Assembly (NCBI GenBank): GCA_977017645.1
Contig: OZ360229.1
Location: 11,904,001 to 11,968,000 of the forward strand
Length of the DNA stretch: 64,000 bases
Reading direction: 5' to 3'
Source: Torpedo marmorata
Taxonomy: Eukaryota
The position numbers and the translations under genes are program-made. Of this stretch, positions 39,657-51,475 are shown piece by piece. Position 1 is the first letter of the stretch. Each line of letters starts with the position of its first letter. The notes beneath the pieces were generated by a model. It saw only the letters and a list, made by a program, of their open reading frames with translations. It made no database searches and was not told the DNA's origin.

Positions 39657-40540
39657 AGGCTGAACCTCCTTCTGCAACTGGATCCTTGACTTCCTCATCG
39701 GAAGACCAGTCAGTGCGAATCGGTAACAACGTCTCCTCCTCACTGACAATAAACACACGTGCATCTCAAGGATGCGTGCTTAGCCCACTGCTCTACTCTG
39801 CACCCATGACAGTGTGCTAGGCACAATTCAAAACAAATTTGTCAATGGTCATCAGCAGAATCACAGACGGCAATGAGGAACCATGCAGGAGCGAAATGGA
39901 TCCGCTAGTTGAGTGGTGCCACAACCACCTTGCATTCAAAGTTAGCAAAATTAAGGAACTGATTGTGGACTTCAGGAAGGGGAAACCAGGAGAACACAAA
40001 CTAGTCCTCATTGAGGGGTCAGCTGCAGAAAGGGTAAAGAACTTCAAATTCTTGGGTGTCAACATCTCTGACGATCTATCGCGGGGCCTGCATGTCGATG
40101 CAGTCATGAAGGCGGCTCGCCAGCAGCTATACTTTGTGAGGAGTTTGAGGTGATTTGGTATGTCACGAAAGATGTGCAAATTTCTACACTGGAGAAAGTG
40201 GAGAGCATTCTGACTGGTTGCATCACTGTCTGGTATGGGGGTGCCAATGCACAAGACAGGAAAAGGCCACAGAGTTGCGAACTCGGCCAGCGCCATCATG
40301 GGCTTCACTCCATTAAGGACATCTACAAGAGGCGGTGTCTCAAGAAAGCAGCCTCCACCTTCAAGGAACCTCACCACCCAGGCCATGCCCTCTTCTCACT
40401 GCTACCTTCGAGGTGGGACAGGAGCCTGAAGACAAACACCCAATGGTACAAAAACAGCTTCTTCCCCTCCCCCATCAGATTTCTGAATGGTCAATGAACC
40501 ACAGACAGTACCTCACTTTTTCTCTTTTTGCACTAATTTA
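39657..40540 (+). mobile_element. Rex1/Babar-like LINE 3' fragment
   Basis: ORFs 39839..40153 and 40150..40497 (KELIVDFRK...FKFLGVNISDDL...PHHPGHALF). Confidence 0.88.
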
Positions 40541-40704
40541 TAAATTTGATTCTGAAATTATGACCATTTTCAAAAAAATGCAATTTATCTTGTATAACGT
40601 CCTCACCCCACCAGCAAAATACCCAGTTATACCACTTCAAATTCTATTTATACCTGGGTTTGGGGAATTACAGACACTGCCGGATGTTACTTCAATTAAC
40701 ACCT

Positions 40705-40855
40705 AGTAGAACCATAGAACACTACAGCACAGAAAACAGGCCATTCGGTCCTTCTAGTCTGTGCTGAAACATTATTCCGCTCGTCCCATTGACCTGCACC
40801 CAGTCCATTACCCTCCAAACCTCTGCCATCTATGTATCTATCCAATTTATTCTTA
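40705..40855 (-). mobile_element. CR1 3' end fragment
   Basis: tagaaccatagaacactacagcacagaaaacaggccattcggtccttctagtctgtg, similar to 3415-3570. Confidence 0.7.
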
Positions 40856-42049
40856 GTAATCTTCACACCATTCAGATAAGCCAATGAAAAATGTGTTTGT
40901 CTCAAAACTGTTTTTTTTAATCTTTGGAAGGAACCTAAATTGGTCACAAAATCAGCTCAAATGCAACTCCGTCAAATAGGAATTTCAAAATTCTTGGTTT
41001 TCCATCCCTCGTTTCCTGGTAATGCAAGCAGGGTCAGGTACAGCCAAAAGAAACAAGTCACTTAAAATCACAGTTTAACGTATTACCAATTTTAAGAGAC
41101 AAAAAGGACTCTAGAATCAAATTAGGTCACACACTCCCTTAGCCACAGAACAAGAGATGAGGACTTTAGGATAAAAAGGTAGTTTTAGCATACTAGTCAC
41201 ACACAATTCAGGTTCAGCACCAACAATTACTACTAGCTGGATTATTTCAAATCAGAGAACTTGATCTCTTATCCCATTAACACTCTTTGGAACAGATCGA
41301 GAACAAATATACCCATACTTCAAATGATCATTAAATCCAACATCCAAAGTTTGGACGAATCTGCCCAATTGCTCATTTTTATTAAATAATTGTCAATGCT
41401 CATGCAAAATATCTGTCAAATCTACTGATCATTTGCTTAATCAACCCAGTATTTTAATACATTTTGTATTTTAATGCAAGATGCAATTTTAACAGTCACT
41501 CCAATTAATTTAATTCTAATCCATGTCAACACTAAACATTTGTAAAACTGATAGTCTAGCATTTAATTTGGGCATCCTATAGTCCGGCATCTGGCTCATT
41601 CATTAGTCTGGATAGGAGCCAGGGACCTAGAGGACAGTCAAATCCAGGGTCTGGATTGTGGGTCAGGTGCATAGCTGTAGCAAAGGCTTGCCGTCCAGAA
41701 CATGGATATGCTTGCAGATGGAGGAAAAATTTGGAGTGGTTTTTATATTCTTCCGTGTAACAAAAGAGTGAAATACAAGTTTGTTTGGGTATTAACATCC
41801 AACAGTCCAGAAAATCTGCTCATCCAGCACTAAAGTCCCAAGAATGGCAGATCGCTGGCATTTTACTTTATGTGCATGTTCTTCCTACATCCTTGATATT
41901 TGAATTTGTAAAATTTAGCTGGATGTGGCAAGATCCAATTTTGAACTTAAAATTCATACAATCAAGACAAAAAAGCAAACTCTCCATATTTTCAAACTAG
42001 AGTGCCAGGCACAAAATGTTTAAATATGAATATATATTTCCTTATGACA

Positions 42050-42340
42050 GTCAATGGACCAAATGCCTATTCCTGTTGTAATCCTATTCCCCCTCCCCAC
42101 CATTTTCCTGTAGCTTACCTTCTCGTATGTCAAATCAACTCCCCAGTCACCGACACTAGGGATAATTTGCAGTAGCCAATTATCCTGCTAACCACCACCT
42201 TAGATTTGGGATGAAACTTGAGCAGCCAGAAAAAACCAAGTCACAAGAACAGCATGCAAACACCACACAGAGAACCAGAGGTCAGAATCGAACCCCAGTA
42301 ACTGGAGCTGTGAGGCAGCAGCATTACCAACTGCACTATA
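42050..42340 (-). mobile_element. Old V-SINE-like remnant
   Basis: gaggtcagaatcgaacccc (antisense B box) and ctggagctgtgaggcagcagc. Confidence 0.5.
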
Positions 42341-43786
42341 TAGACTTCCTGGTGCCTCTGTTTTAAAAGGGATGCAAATAAAATTGCTGATACTGAAAAT
42401 CTGAAATAAAAACCAAGATACTAGAACCGCTCAGATTTTAGGCACAGGATACTGGACCCGAAATATTAAGTGTTTTCCTTTCCACAGATACTGCCAGACA
42501 TGTTGAGTGCTTCCAACATTTTCTGTCTTACATTATACAAGGTTACATTACACATTGCTGATGTTGGGCACAAGCCTATTATGGGAAATTTGTCAAAACA
42601 GCAGAATCTGCATTAATTTCAGGTTGGTTAGTCATGTCAATCATGCTCTTGCAGATATGATTCACAACATTCCACAAAGCCTCATGTCAGATCAGAGCCA
42701 AAAGATCAAATCATCTGTAGACAAGAAAGGCAATTTTTTTGAAACATTACTGAGTATTCAGAACAGCAGGCTTAACTTCATGCAACTTCTGATGAATTAC
42801 ATTTGAAGTCCGTCACTCAACAACTACTCCCTCAATGCTACAGAAAACCTCCCAGGTGACTTGGGAATCATTAATTTATTCATGAATCTGAAAACATTCA
42901 CACAATAAGCAGTTTCAAGCTTGTATCAAAATGTACAACAGCATTTTAAACTTAAGGAAATAGTTACGAATTACAAGTGAAATAACTTGGCTTACCAAGA
43001 CCAAAAAGGGGAAATGAAATAGATTTTTGAAATTAATTCTTGTTTATAACTGTTTTATTGTATGTAGCTTTATTTGAATCTTTAATGTTGCTTAAAGTTG
43101 TTCCTTTCAATTTCAAATCAAGAACTTCATTCACATTGATCTATTTCCCACCCCCCCACCTCCCCCACAGTCCCAAGAACTCTGCAGTCCAGGGGAAAGC
43201 AAGACTTCTGAAGGGAAACAAAAACACCATTGGAAATCCAACAAGACCTGAAACCACAATTTACACCTTCAAAAACCAAAATGTTCTTTCTGGAAACCAC
43301 AAGTGCCAATTCTGCAGAAGGCAAGAGCTAGGATTAACTGAAGATTCCACACTGCTAACCAGAAAGAACTCTGCTGTGCTCAACATTTGCCTTTTTAAAA
43401 GTCACAAAAAAAAGCATTTAGAAATTGCAAGATCACAGACCAACAACATTTTTAAATACAGTAACACATTTTGAAAATATCTACTCTATATTTAACAAGA
43501 ACATTGGAATGTAAACTTCAGACTTCTTTGCCTTCACAAGACAGATAGTATTACTGGGGCCAGGGTTTGCTTACTGTTTACATCACAACCTTGTTTTACT
43601 TCTGTTGATGAGAAAAGTGAACTATTACACTTCTAATGCAGCTTGTTAACAGATGGCTTGAAACAGTTGCAGTAATGCTCCTGGGCTAATTCCCATTTTA
43701 CATTCCCAGAGGATCAATTCATTATCACACTCGGTCTTAATCTGAAGAAAATTACAGATTTAAACATATAAAGCATTAAGCTGCAT

Positions 43787-45240
43787 GCCTGCGATATCTG
43801 TCTCTGAGGGCGACGTCAGAACATCATTAAAGAGGGTGAACCCTCACAAGGCGTCAGGCCCTGATGGCGTACCTGGCAGGGTACTGGCAATCTGCGCCAA
43901 CCAACTAGCCGGAGTGTTCACAGACATTTTCAACCTCTCATTGCTGCAGTCAGAGGTTCCCACCTGCTTCAAAAGGTCATCAATCATCCCGGTACCCAAG
44001 AAGAGCAGTGTGAGCTGCCTCAACGACTACCGCCCAGTAGCACTAACTTCTACTGTGATGAAATGCTTTGAGAGGCTGGTCGTGGCCAGAATTAACATGT
44101 ACCTAAGCAAAGATCTGGACCCACTGCAATTTGCCTATCGTCACAATCGCTCCACAGCAGATGCAATATCGCTGACTCTCCACTCAGCTCTGGATCACCT
44201 TGAAAACAGCAATTCATACAAATGGCTGCTCTTCTTCGACTACAGCTCGGCCTTCAATACCATTATTCCCTCAGTGCTGGTCAAGAAGCTACAAACTCTA
44301 GGCCTCTGTACCCCCCTCTGCAACTGGATCCTTGACTTTCTCATCAGAAGACCATAGTCAGTACGAATTGGAAACGTCTCCTCCTCACTGATTATCAACA
44401 CAGGCGCACCCTAAGGATGTGTGCTTAGCCCACTGCTCTACTCGTTATACACCCATGACTGTGTGGCCAGGCACAATTCCAATGCCACCTACAAGTTCGC
44501 CGATGTCACCACAGTTGTCGGCAGAATCACAAACGGCAATGAGGAAGCGTACAGAAGGGAGAGAGATCAGCTCGTTGAATGGTGTAACGACAACAACCTT
44601 GCGCTCAACGTCAGCAAAACCAAGGAGATGATTCCTGGGTGTCAACATCTCCGAGGATCTGTCCTGGAGCATCCTTGTTGATGCAATCACAAAGAAGGCT
44701 CGCCAGCGGCTATACTTTGTGAGGTGTCTGAGGAGATTCGGTATGTCACCGAAGACTCTCAAACCTCTACAGGTGTACTGTGGAGAGCATTCTGGCTGGT
44801 TGCATCACTGTCTGGTATGGAGGCGCCAACTCCCAGGACAAGAATAAACTCCAGAGGGTTGTTAACGCAGCCTGTGACATCAGAGGCACCAGACTTCACT
44901 CCATCGAGGACATCTACATGAGGCAGTGTCTTAAAAAAGCAGCATCTATCCTCAAAGACCCCCATCACCTAAGCCATGCCCTCTTCACTCTTCTACCATC
45001 GGAAAAAATGTACAGGAGCCTAAAGACAAGCACTCAATGGCACAAGGACAGCTTCTTCCCCACTGCCATCAGATTCCTGAATAATCAATGAACCAAAGAA
45101 ACTGCCTCACTTTTCGTGCACTATTATTTTTATTTTTTATAGTAATGTTGTAAGATGGTTATAATATGAATGTCTGCACTATGATGCTGCCGCAAAACAC
45201 CAAATTTCATGACTTGTTCATGACAATAAATTCTGATTCT
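43787..45240 (+). mobile_element. Rex1/Babar-like LINE, 5'-truncated RT
   Basis: ORFs 43785..44357, 44421..44681 and 44780..45091 are nearly identical to the reverse complement of 16085-17530; tail aataaattctgattct. Confidence 0.93.
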
Positions 45241-47946
45241 GTTGCTGTGCCACAATGAAACAGTGATCTCATTGCTGCACGGTTCCAAGTGTAGGAGCCC
45301 ACCTGGGCAATGAGCATTGGCTGCTCAGGGTTTGTGTCAATAGTGTTGACAATTACTGCTGCCATGCAGGGTTTGGAGCGCACACCAGCAACTCCCAACC
45401 CTAGAAACCAGTGGCTTCAATAATCAACCCAGCCTGCCCAATGCCAGTCTTCACAGGACATTGCCCAATGCTTTAGTGGCTCACTCTACATTGAGAGATA
45501 TTGAGATCACTAACAGTTTCATCGTTATAGGAGTGCCAGAAGGCTCAACCCTCAATCAGGTTCTTGATACAACAGTAAGGAGAGGTTCACAACAACTTCC
45601 TAGCATAGCAAAACATTTCTATATTTAAAGCTGTAATGGTTTATTTGGTGCCACCTCCATTAGAACATTGAACAGTACAGCACAGGAACATGCCCTTTGG
45701 CACTCAATATCTGCAATGAACAAAATGCCAAATTAATCTAAATCTATGCTGCTTGCACATGCATATCCCACTATTCCCAGCATACTCATGGCAATCTAGA
45801 AGCCTCTTAAATGCTAGTACTGTATCATATTTGCTTCCACCATCACACCTGCCAGCACATTCAACACCTACCACTGTTTAAAAACATTCTGCCTCAACTC
45901 AAACGTCCTCTAGTTTTTGAGTTTTAACCCAGAGAAAAGATTGACCATCTGCTCTCTGCCTCTCACAGTATTAGCATGAGTATTCCTAGGAATGCATCCC
46001 AAGTATGAAAGGAGGTATTGATGTACAATCCTATGAAATCATTTAAAATTTGAAGTTTATTGGCAAAGTATTTAAAAAATATACCCAATATTCTGTATAA
46101 TGTCTAAACCATACCAGGTTAATGATTATAAATAATGTCTGCAGAAATGCATATTGCGCTCAGGCAATCAAAAACAGCAGAGCAGGAAAAATATTCTTGG
46201 GTTCAAGTTTTGAAACACTGCATCTGCAAACGTTTGGTCATTTATATAGCTCCAAATAATCTGACAATGCTCCTAATTTATACAGTTATCACTCATCCAA
46301 AATCATTACACTAGATGTGAACATTTTAGAGCATTTTTTTTTTTAATACAAGCTTAAAAGAAATGATACAAAACACTTCCCACAATGCCAAAAGTCACTA
46401 GATGATCCAATGCTCTATTTACCAAAGTTCGTTTCTCAGTGAAAAGAATCAATGCTGTGACGTGGTCACACTGCAGCTTCTACAGAATACATCAACTACC
46501 TTGATCAAACTGCAAAACAATTAATACCGATTCTATATACACAGCTGCATTTTTCAGCCTTAAAAAGTAAATTTTGTTAATTCTTCCAATCATGATAGTA
46601 TTCAATGAATGGCCCCCAGATCTTTAAAAATTGAAACTTTCTATCTTTAATATTATATCTAATTTTCTCCAAACTCAGAAAGGACATTACATCTAGTAAC
46701 CACTGTCTATGTGTCGGTGACAACTCATCTTTCCATTTCAGTAAAATTGCTCGTCTGGCAATCAACGTGGAAAAAGCTAAAACTTTTTCCTGTGATGCAG
46801 ACAAAGGTTTGTTAAGTTCACGTGAAAAACCAAACAGAGTAATTACAGGACATGGTTCAATATTAATCTTAAAAATCAACGATAAAGATTAAAAAATATC
46901 CTTCCAAAATCTCTCCAAATTGGGGCATTCCCAAAACATATGTATCAGTGAAGCTTCAAAAATTTTACATCTCTCACACAATGGATCCATGTGAGTGTAA
47001 AAACGTGATAGTTTAAGTTTAGACATATGAATTCTATGTACCACTTTAAATTGTAATAAACAATATCTAGCACAAAAAGATGAGGCGTTAATTAGATCAA
47101 GAGCATTGTACCAATCTTGATCTGAAAATGTAACATTCAAATCACTTTCTCATTCATTCTTGATCCCTGTCATAGAAACTACTCTGATTTCCAATAAATT
47201 ATAATATATACATGTTAATCCACATTGGAAAAAGAACCGTATATTAAAAAGTAAATCGAGAAAATTAGAACTTAAAATTCGCGGAAAATCTGAAAGCTTA
47301 GACTGAACAAAATGTCTAATTTGTAAATACCGTATATTTCGGCGTATAAGTCGACTCGCGGATAAGTCGACCCCCCTTTTTCAGCCTCATTTTAATGGTT
47401 TTATTGTATATCCGGCGTATAAGTCGACCCCCAATTTTCGGGCTGTCCGGGCCTCCCAGCAACAACCCAAAATTTGTTACAACACCCCAATCACCAAGTA
47501 ACAAAGCTGTAAATTAAGCAAGTAAAAAAAAAAAAGTGAAAAAACCTTTGCTTCTGGCCGGGAAGATGCCAAACGGAGCTGGGTCCAAGTCTTCAGCCAG
47601 AGTCGGCAGCGGGCGACTCCATTCTCCACATCGGATGCGGTGCTGTCCGCATCGAAAAAGTCGCCTCGCTGCCCAAGTGTGCTCGGTGCAGGAACAATAG
47701 CTACGTGTCAGCTCCCTGCCAGGAGCGGCGACCCCGTCCTCCCGGCCAGGAGCCTCGGCTTACTGGGCAGGAGCAGCGACCTCAGGCTCCCGGGTAGGAG
47801 CGGGGACTTTGGGCTCTACAATTGTAGAATGTCTGGGTGGTTTATGGTGGCGCCCAGCAGTGTGGAGGTGTCAGGGAGAAGCAGCGCCAGCAGTGGGGAG
47901 GTGCTTCCAGAATCGACTTATTCGCCAAATTGGTTCTTCATGGGTC

Positions 47947-47963
47947 AGGAGGCTTGTGGAAAG

Positions 47964-48000
<37 letters not shown>

Positions 48001-49620
48001 GTTTTTTCACCTTCAGTGTGGTCCAATATTTTGGACCGTATCCATACCTCTTCATTATGTGCAAGACATAATTTAATTCAATTCAAAGTAGTTCACAGAG
48101 CTCATTACTCTAAATCTTTACTGGCTAAATTTTCATCAAATATATCATCTGTGTGATAGATGTAATGTTCATGAAGGTACATTATTTCACATGTTTTGGT
48201 TGTGCCCTGAGTTAGTTAGATTTTGGAACAAAATTTTGTACTCTTTCTTTGGTTTTAACTACTCAATTAGACCAAAATCCATTTATAGCAACATTTGGTA
48301 TAAATGATCCTAGTAATCATGATCTTACTAATAATCAAAAACATGTGATTGCTTTTTCTTCTCTGGTTGCAAGGTGACAGATCTTGCTAAAATGGAAGGA
48401 TGGTAATCCTCCTATATATGAAGATTGGCTATCAAGTTTAATGTCCTATTTAACATTAGAAAAGATTAGATGTTCAAATATTAAATTAAACTTAAAATTT
48501 ACTAATATTTGGGGTTCCTTTATTGACTATTATCAGAGTTTATGATTCCTCATGATTTAAAGTTATATTATTTCTACAGGTCAGTACAATTCTGGGGTGG
48601 GGGTATGTGTTAGGCTAGTTTAGATTGCTTTAGTTTAAAAAAAAAAAAAAAAATTTATTTAAAAATTTAAATCACAAAATACATAAAATAAAATATGAGA
48701 TTATCAAAATATTTGTGATAAATTTTCACCCCCCTCCCACCCTCCCCTCCCCAACCCTCCCAACCCCACTAATCTAATAAAATTTAAAAATATAAAATAA
48801 AAATAGAGAAAGAAAAAAAAAAAAGAAAGAAAAAGATAGAGTAAGGAGGATGCCAATCTAAAAAACATACATCTATAAACTAATTCTATTGTGGAGGTCA
48901 GGTATGCCAGCAGATCCGATACCCAGAGATCTTCAAATTCTTAAACCAACAACTTTCATATATGGGCTCCAAATTTTTAAGAAAAAATGGTATTTATTAC
49001 GTAAATTATAAGTAATTTTTTCAAGTGGTATACACGAACGAAGTTCTGCATGCCATCTTTCTAATCCTAAATCTAAATCAGATTTCCAAGTAATAGCAAT
49101 ACATTTCTTTGAAACAGCTAAAGCAATTCGCAGAAATTCTATTTGATACATATTTAATTTCATCTTAATACTAAGTTTTCTAATATCTCCAAACAAAAAT
49201 ATCATAGGATCCATTGGAAATGTAATCTTAAATACTTTATCTAAAAATTTTTTAACTTTCAACCAAAAATCATAAACTTTTGGACAAAAACCATGTAGAA
49301 TGTACAAAAGAACCTTGTTTATTACATCTAAAACATAAACCTGATAATGATTGCTTTAGCTTTTATAAAAAAATGTATTATGATGAAATTACTATATTAT
49401 CTTTTTTTTTGTGGCTTGGTTCTATTTATACCTATTGGTATTATAATACTAAATTGTAAAGAAAAAAAATTTGATATATCTGTAATGTTTACTCTGTTAT
49501 GGATGGATTAATGGAACATGTGATAATGCTTTTCTTTGCTTTTATTTCTGTAAACGTATATAGTGAATGAACTGCTATATCCATGATTTTATGGAATTAA
49601 TAAAGAGATTTAAAAAAGAA
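47947..49620 (+). mobile_element. L1/Tx1-like family B 3' fragment nested in the Tc2-like element
   Basis: Peptide SLCARHNLIQFKVVHRAH; the 3' part matches the reverse complement of 3942-4569. TTCATGGGTC occurs on both sides (possible TSD or host repeat). Confidence 0.85.
48634..49348 (-). mobile_element. L1/Tx1-like family C 3' fragment nested in the family B 3' UTR
   Basis: ORF 48933..49307 (CPKV..FW...KKCIAITWKS...LEKITYNLR...KIWSPY). 11-bp TSD GATTGCTTTAG at 48623-48633 and 49349-49359; the empty site is visible at about 4195-4225. Confidence 0.88.
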
Positions 49621-50042
49621 AGGGTTTTCATGGGTCGACTTATACGCCGAATCGACGTAGAGTGGTTTTTGAGCTAATTTTAAGGTCTCAAAAGTATATC
49701 CAGCGTACAAGTCGACCCCCGTTTTTTTTTTTTTTTGAGAGATTTTTGAGGGTTTCAAGACTCGACTTTTACGCTGAAATATATGGTACCTAAAAAAATG
49801 TCCATTGGTAAGATTAAATTTATTGACCAATTACTCGAAAGTGGCAAAACCATCTCAAATAAAAAGATAATTAAAACTATGAATTCCCAATCTATACCAT
49901 TCCCTAAATCCTACATCCATCACAGACGGCTGGAAAAGATTATCTATAATAGGACTAGCCAGAGAAAAGCTATTAAATCCAAAAAAATGTCTAAACTGTG
50001 CCCATATTCTCAACCTATATCTCAATAACGGGTTATGAGTTA

Positions 50043-50222
50043 CCGTATATTTTGGCGTATAAGTCGACTCGCGGATAAGTCGACCCCCTTTTTCAGCCTC
50101 ATTTTAATGGTTTTTGAGCTGATTTTAAGGTCTCAAAAGTATATCCGGTGTGTAAGTCGACCCCCGTTTTTTGAGAGATTTTTGAGGGTTTCAAGACTCG
50201 ACTTATACGCCGAAATATACGG
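50043..50222. mobile_element. 180-bp Tc2-like MITE (internal deletion derivative)
   Basis: TA|CCGTATATTTTGGCGTATAAGTCGAC...TCGACTTATACGCCGAAATATACGG|TA; the empty site is at about 21675 in the other L1 copy. Confidence 0.92.
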
Positions 50223-50992
50223 TAATTTAAAAAATGAAAATGGTAAAAAGGATCCTAAAATTGCTAACAGATTTTTTTTTTTGAAAACTTCAATTCCATT
50301 TCCACCCAGGATGGGCGATTCTGTCCGATGCTTGGAGGTCGCTACAGGATCCATACCATTTTTTTTTGTTCTTTTCCTTCCTTTTTTCAACATCAAGGTA
50401 ACCTTGCTTAGAGGGAGGGGTTAGAATAGATTAGTTATTTTTTTTTTGTCTTTTTTTTTTTCTTTATTTTATTTTTAATTGTTTTTTTTAAGATAATTAT
50501 ACGGAACTAGAGTTTTAACCTATATTCAGAATTTAGTTACGACAATTTACTTAGTTTTTTTTTATATATACATGTATGAATACCAGCTGATTTTTTGAAT
50601 GTTTGTTTTAATTCTGTTACTCTGTATGCATGTTTATTGTTGAAACTCAATAAAAATATTTTAAAAAGAAAGTACATTTTTAGTAACCTTCAGATTAGTC
50701 CTTTCGCCTTCAAACTAAATGCTGTCAAAACATTAGCAACTAATCACTTTAGGAGCAGAAATATAACTGCATTAGATGAATCTAATTTCTAGATTCAATC
50801 AAGGTCAATATGCTGCTTTTTTAGTTTTTGAGCAGATTAGCAAATGCAAACCAAACTTGACACAAATGCTTCAAATTCAAGTTACAAAACAAAGCTAGCT
50901 TCTATTAATCTGATGAGAGTGAAATGTGATATTTGAAATGTGTTCTTCCTCCCCATTCCATGTAGAACCAGCAAGAACTTAAATCAGCTTTC

Positions 50993-51225
50993 AAAGGTTC
51001 CTTTTATTGTCACATAATACACAAAAATGTAATATACATGATATACTTCAACTTTTGCCTGACGTAAGGCAAACAAAGTCTCCATGAGCATTGCCCTGCG
51101 GCGCCCCTAACAATAGGAGACACCGAGTTTCTGTGGATTCGCCTCTAGCACTCCCACAGCCTCTGCAGCCGCACAAACTCCTGTTCGATCCATTGGCAGC
51201 CGAGCTCCAGGTCCAAACCTCCGAA
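50993..51225. repeat. Unclassified interspersed repeat; related copy at about 25540-25765
   Basis: Both copies share taatacac...tttgcctg...taaggcaaacaaag...ggattcgcctc.a.cactccc.cagcctct. Confidence 0.6.
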
Positions 51226-51475
51226 ACTTATCTATTATATTCACTAGTTTATTGGAAACTCCTTGTTTAACAGAGCAACCTCAATGGGTACTAGCAATAT
51301 TTTATTAAAACAATACTGGTTAAAAAAAAAAAAATTTTTTAAAACTGCTCATCCAGGTATTTTGAGTTTTTAAAAACATATGGAGGAGACTGGGTAATAA
51401 TCTACATCAAGTGGCCTTCAGGCGAGAATAGAAATAATCCATTGGGATTCTCAATGCTACTTCACCATTCAATTA

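Larger units (their letters stand above)
47330..49786. mobile_element. Tc2-like non-autonomous DNA transposon interrupted by L1 fragments
   Basis: TA|CCGTATATTTCGGCGTATAAGTCGAC ... GACTTTTACGCTGAAATATATGG|TA. The empty site (single TA) is seen in the L1 copy at about 21930. Confidence 0.9.
46576..50668. mobile_element. L1/Tx1-like family A copy with 5' inversion; host of nested insertions
   Basis: 46576-50323 is the antisense of about 21570-22675, and 50321-50668 is the sense 3' UTR matching 22693-23050. Flanked by AAAGTA(A/C)ATTTT at 46564-46575 and 50669-50680. Confidence 0.88.
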
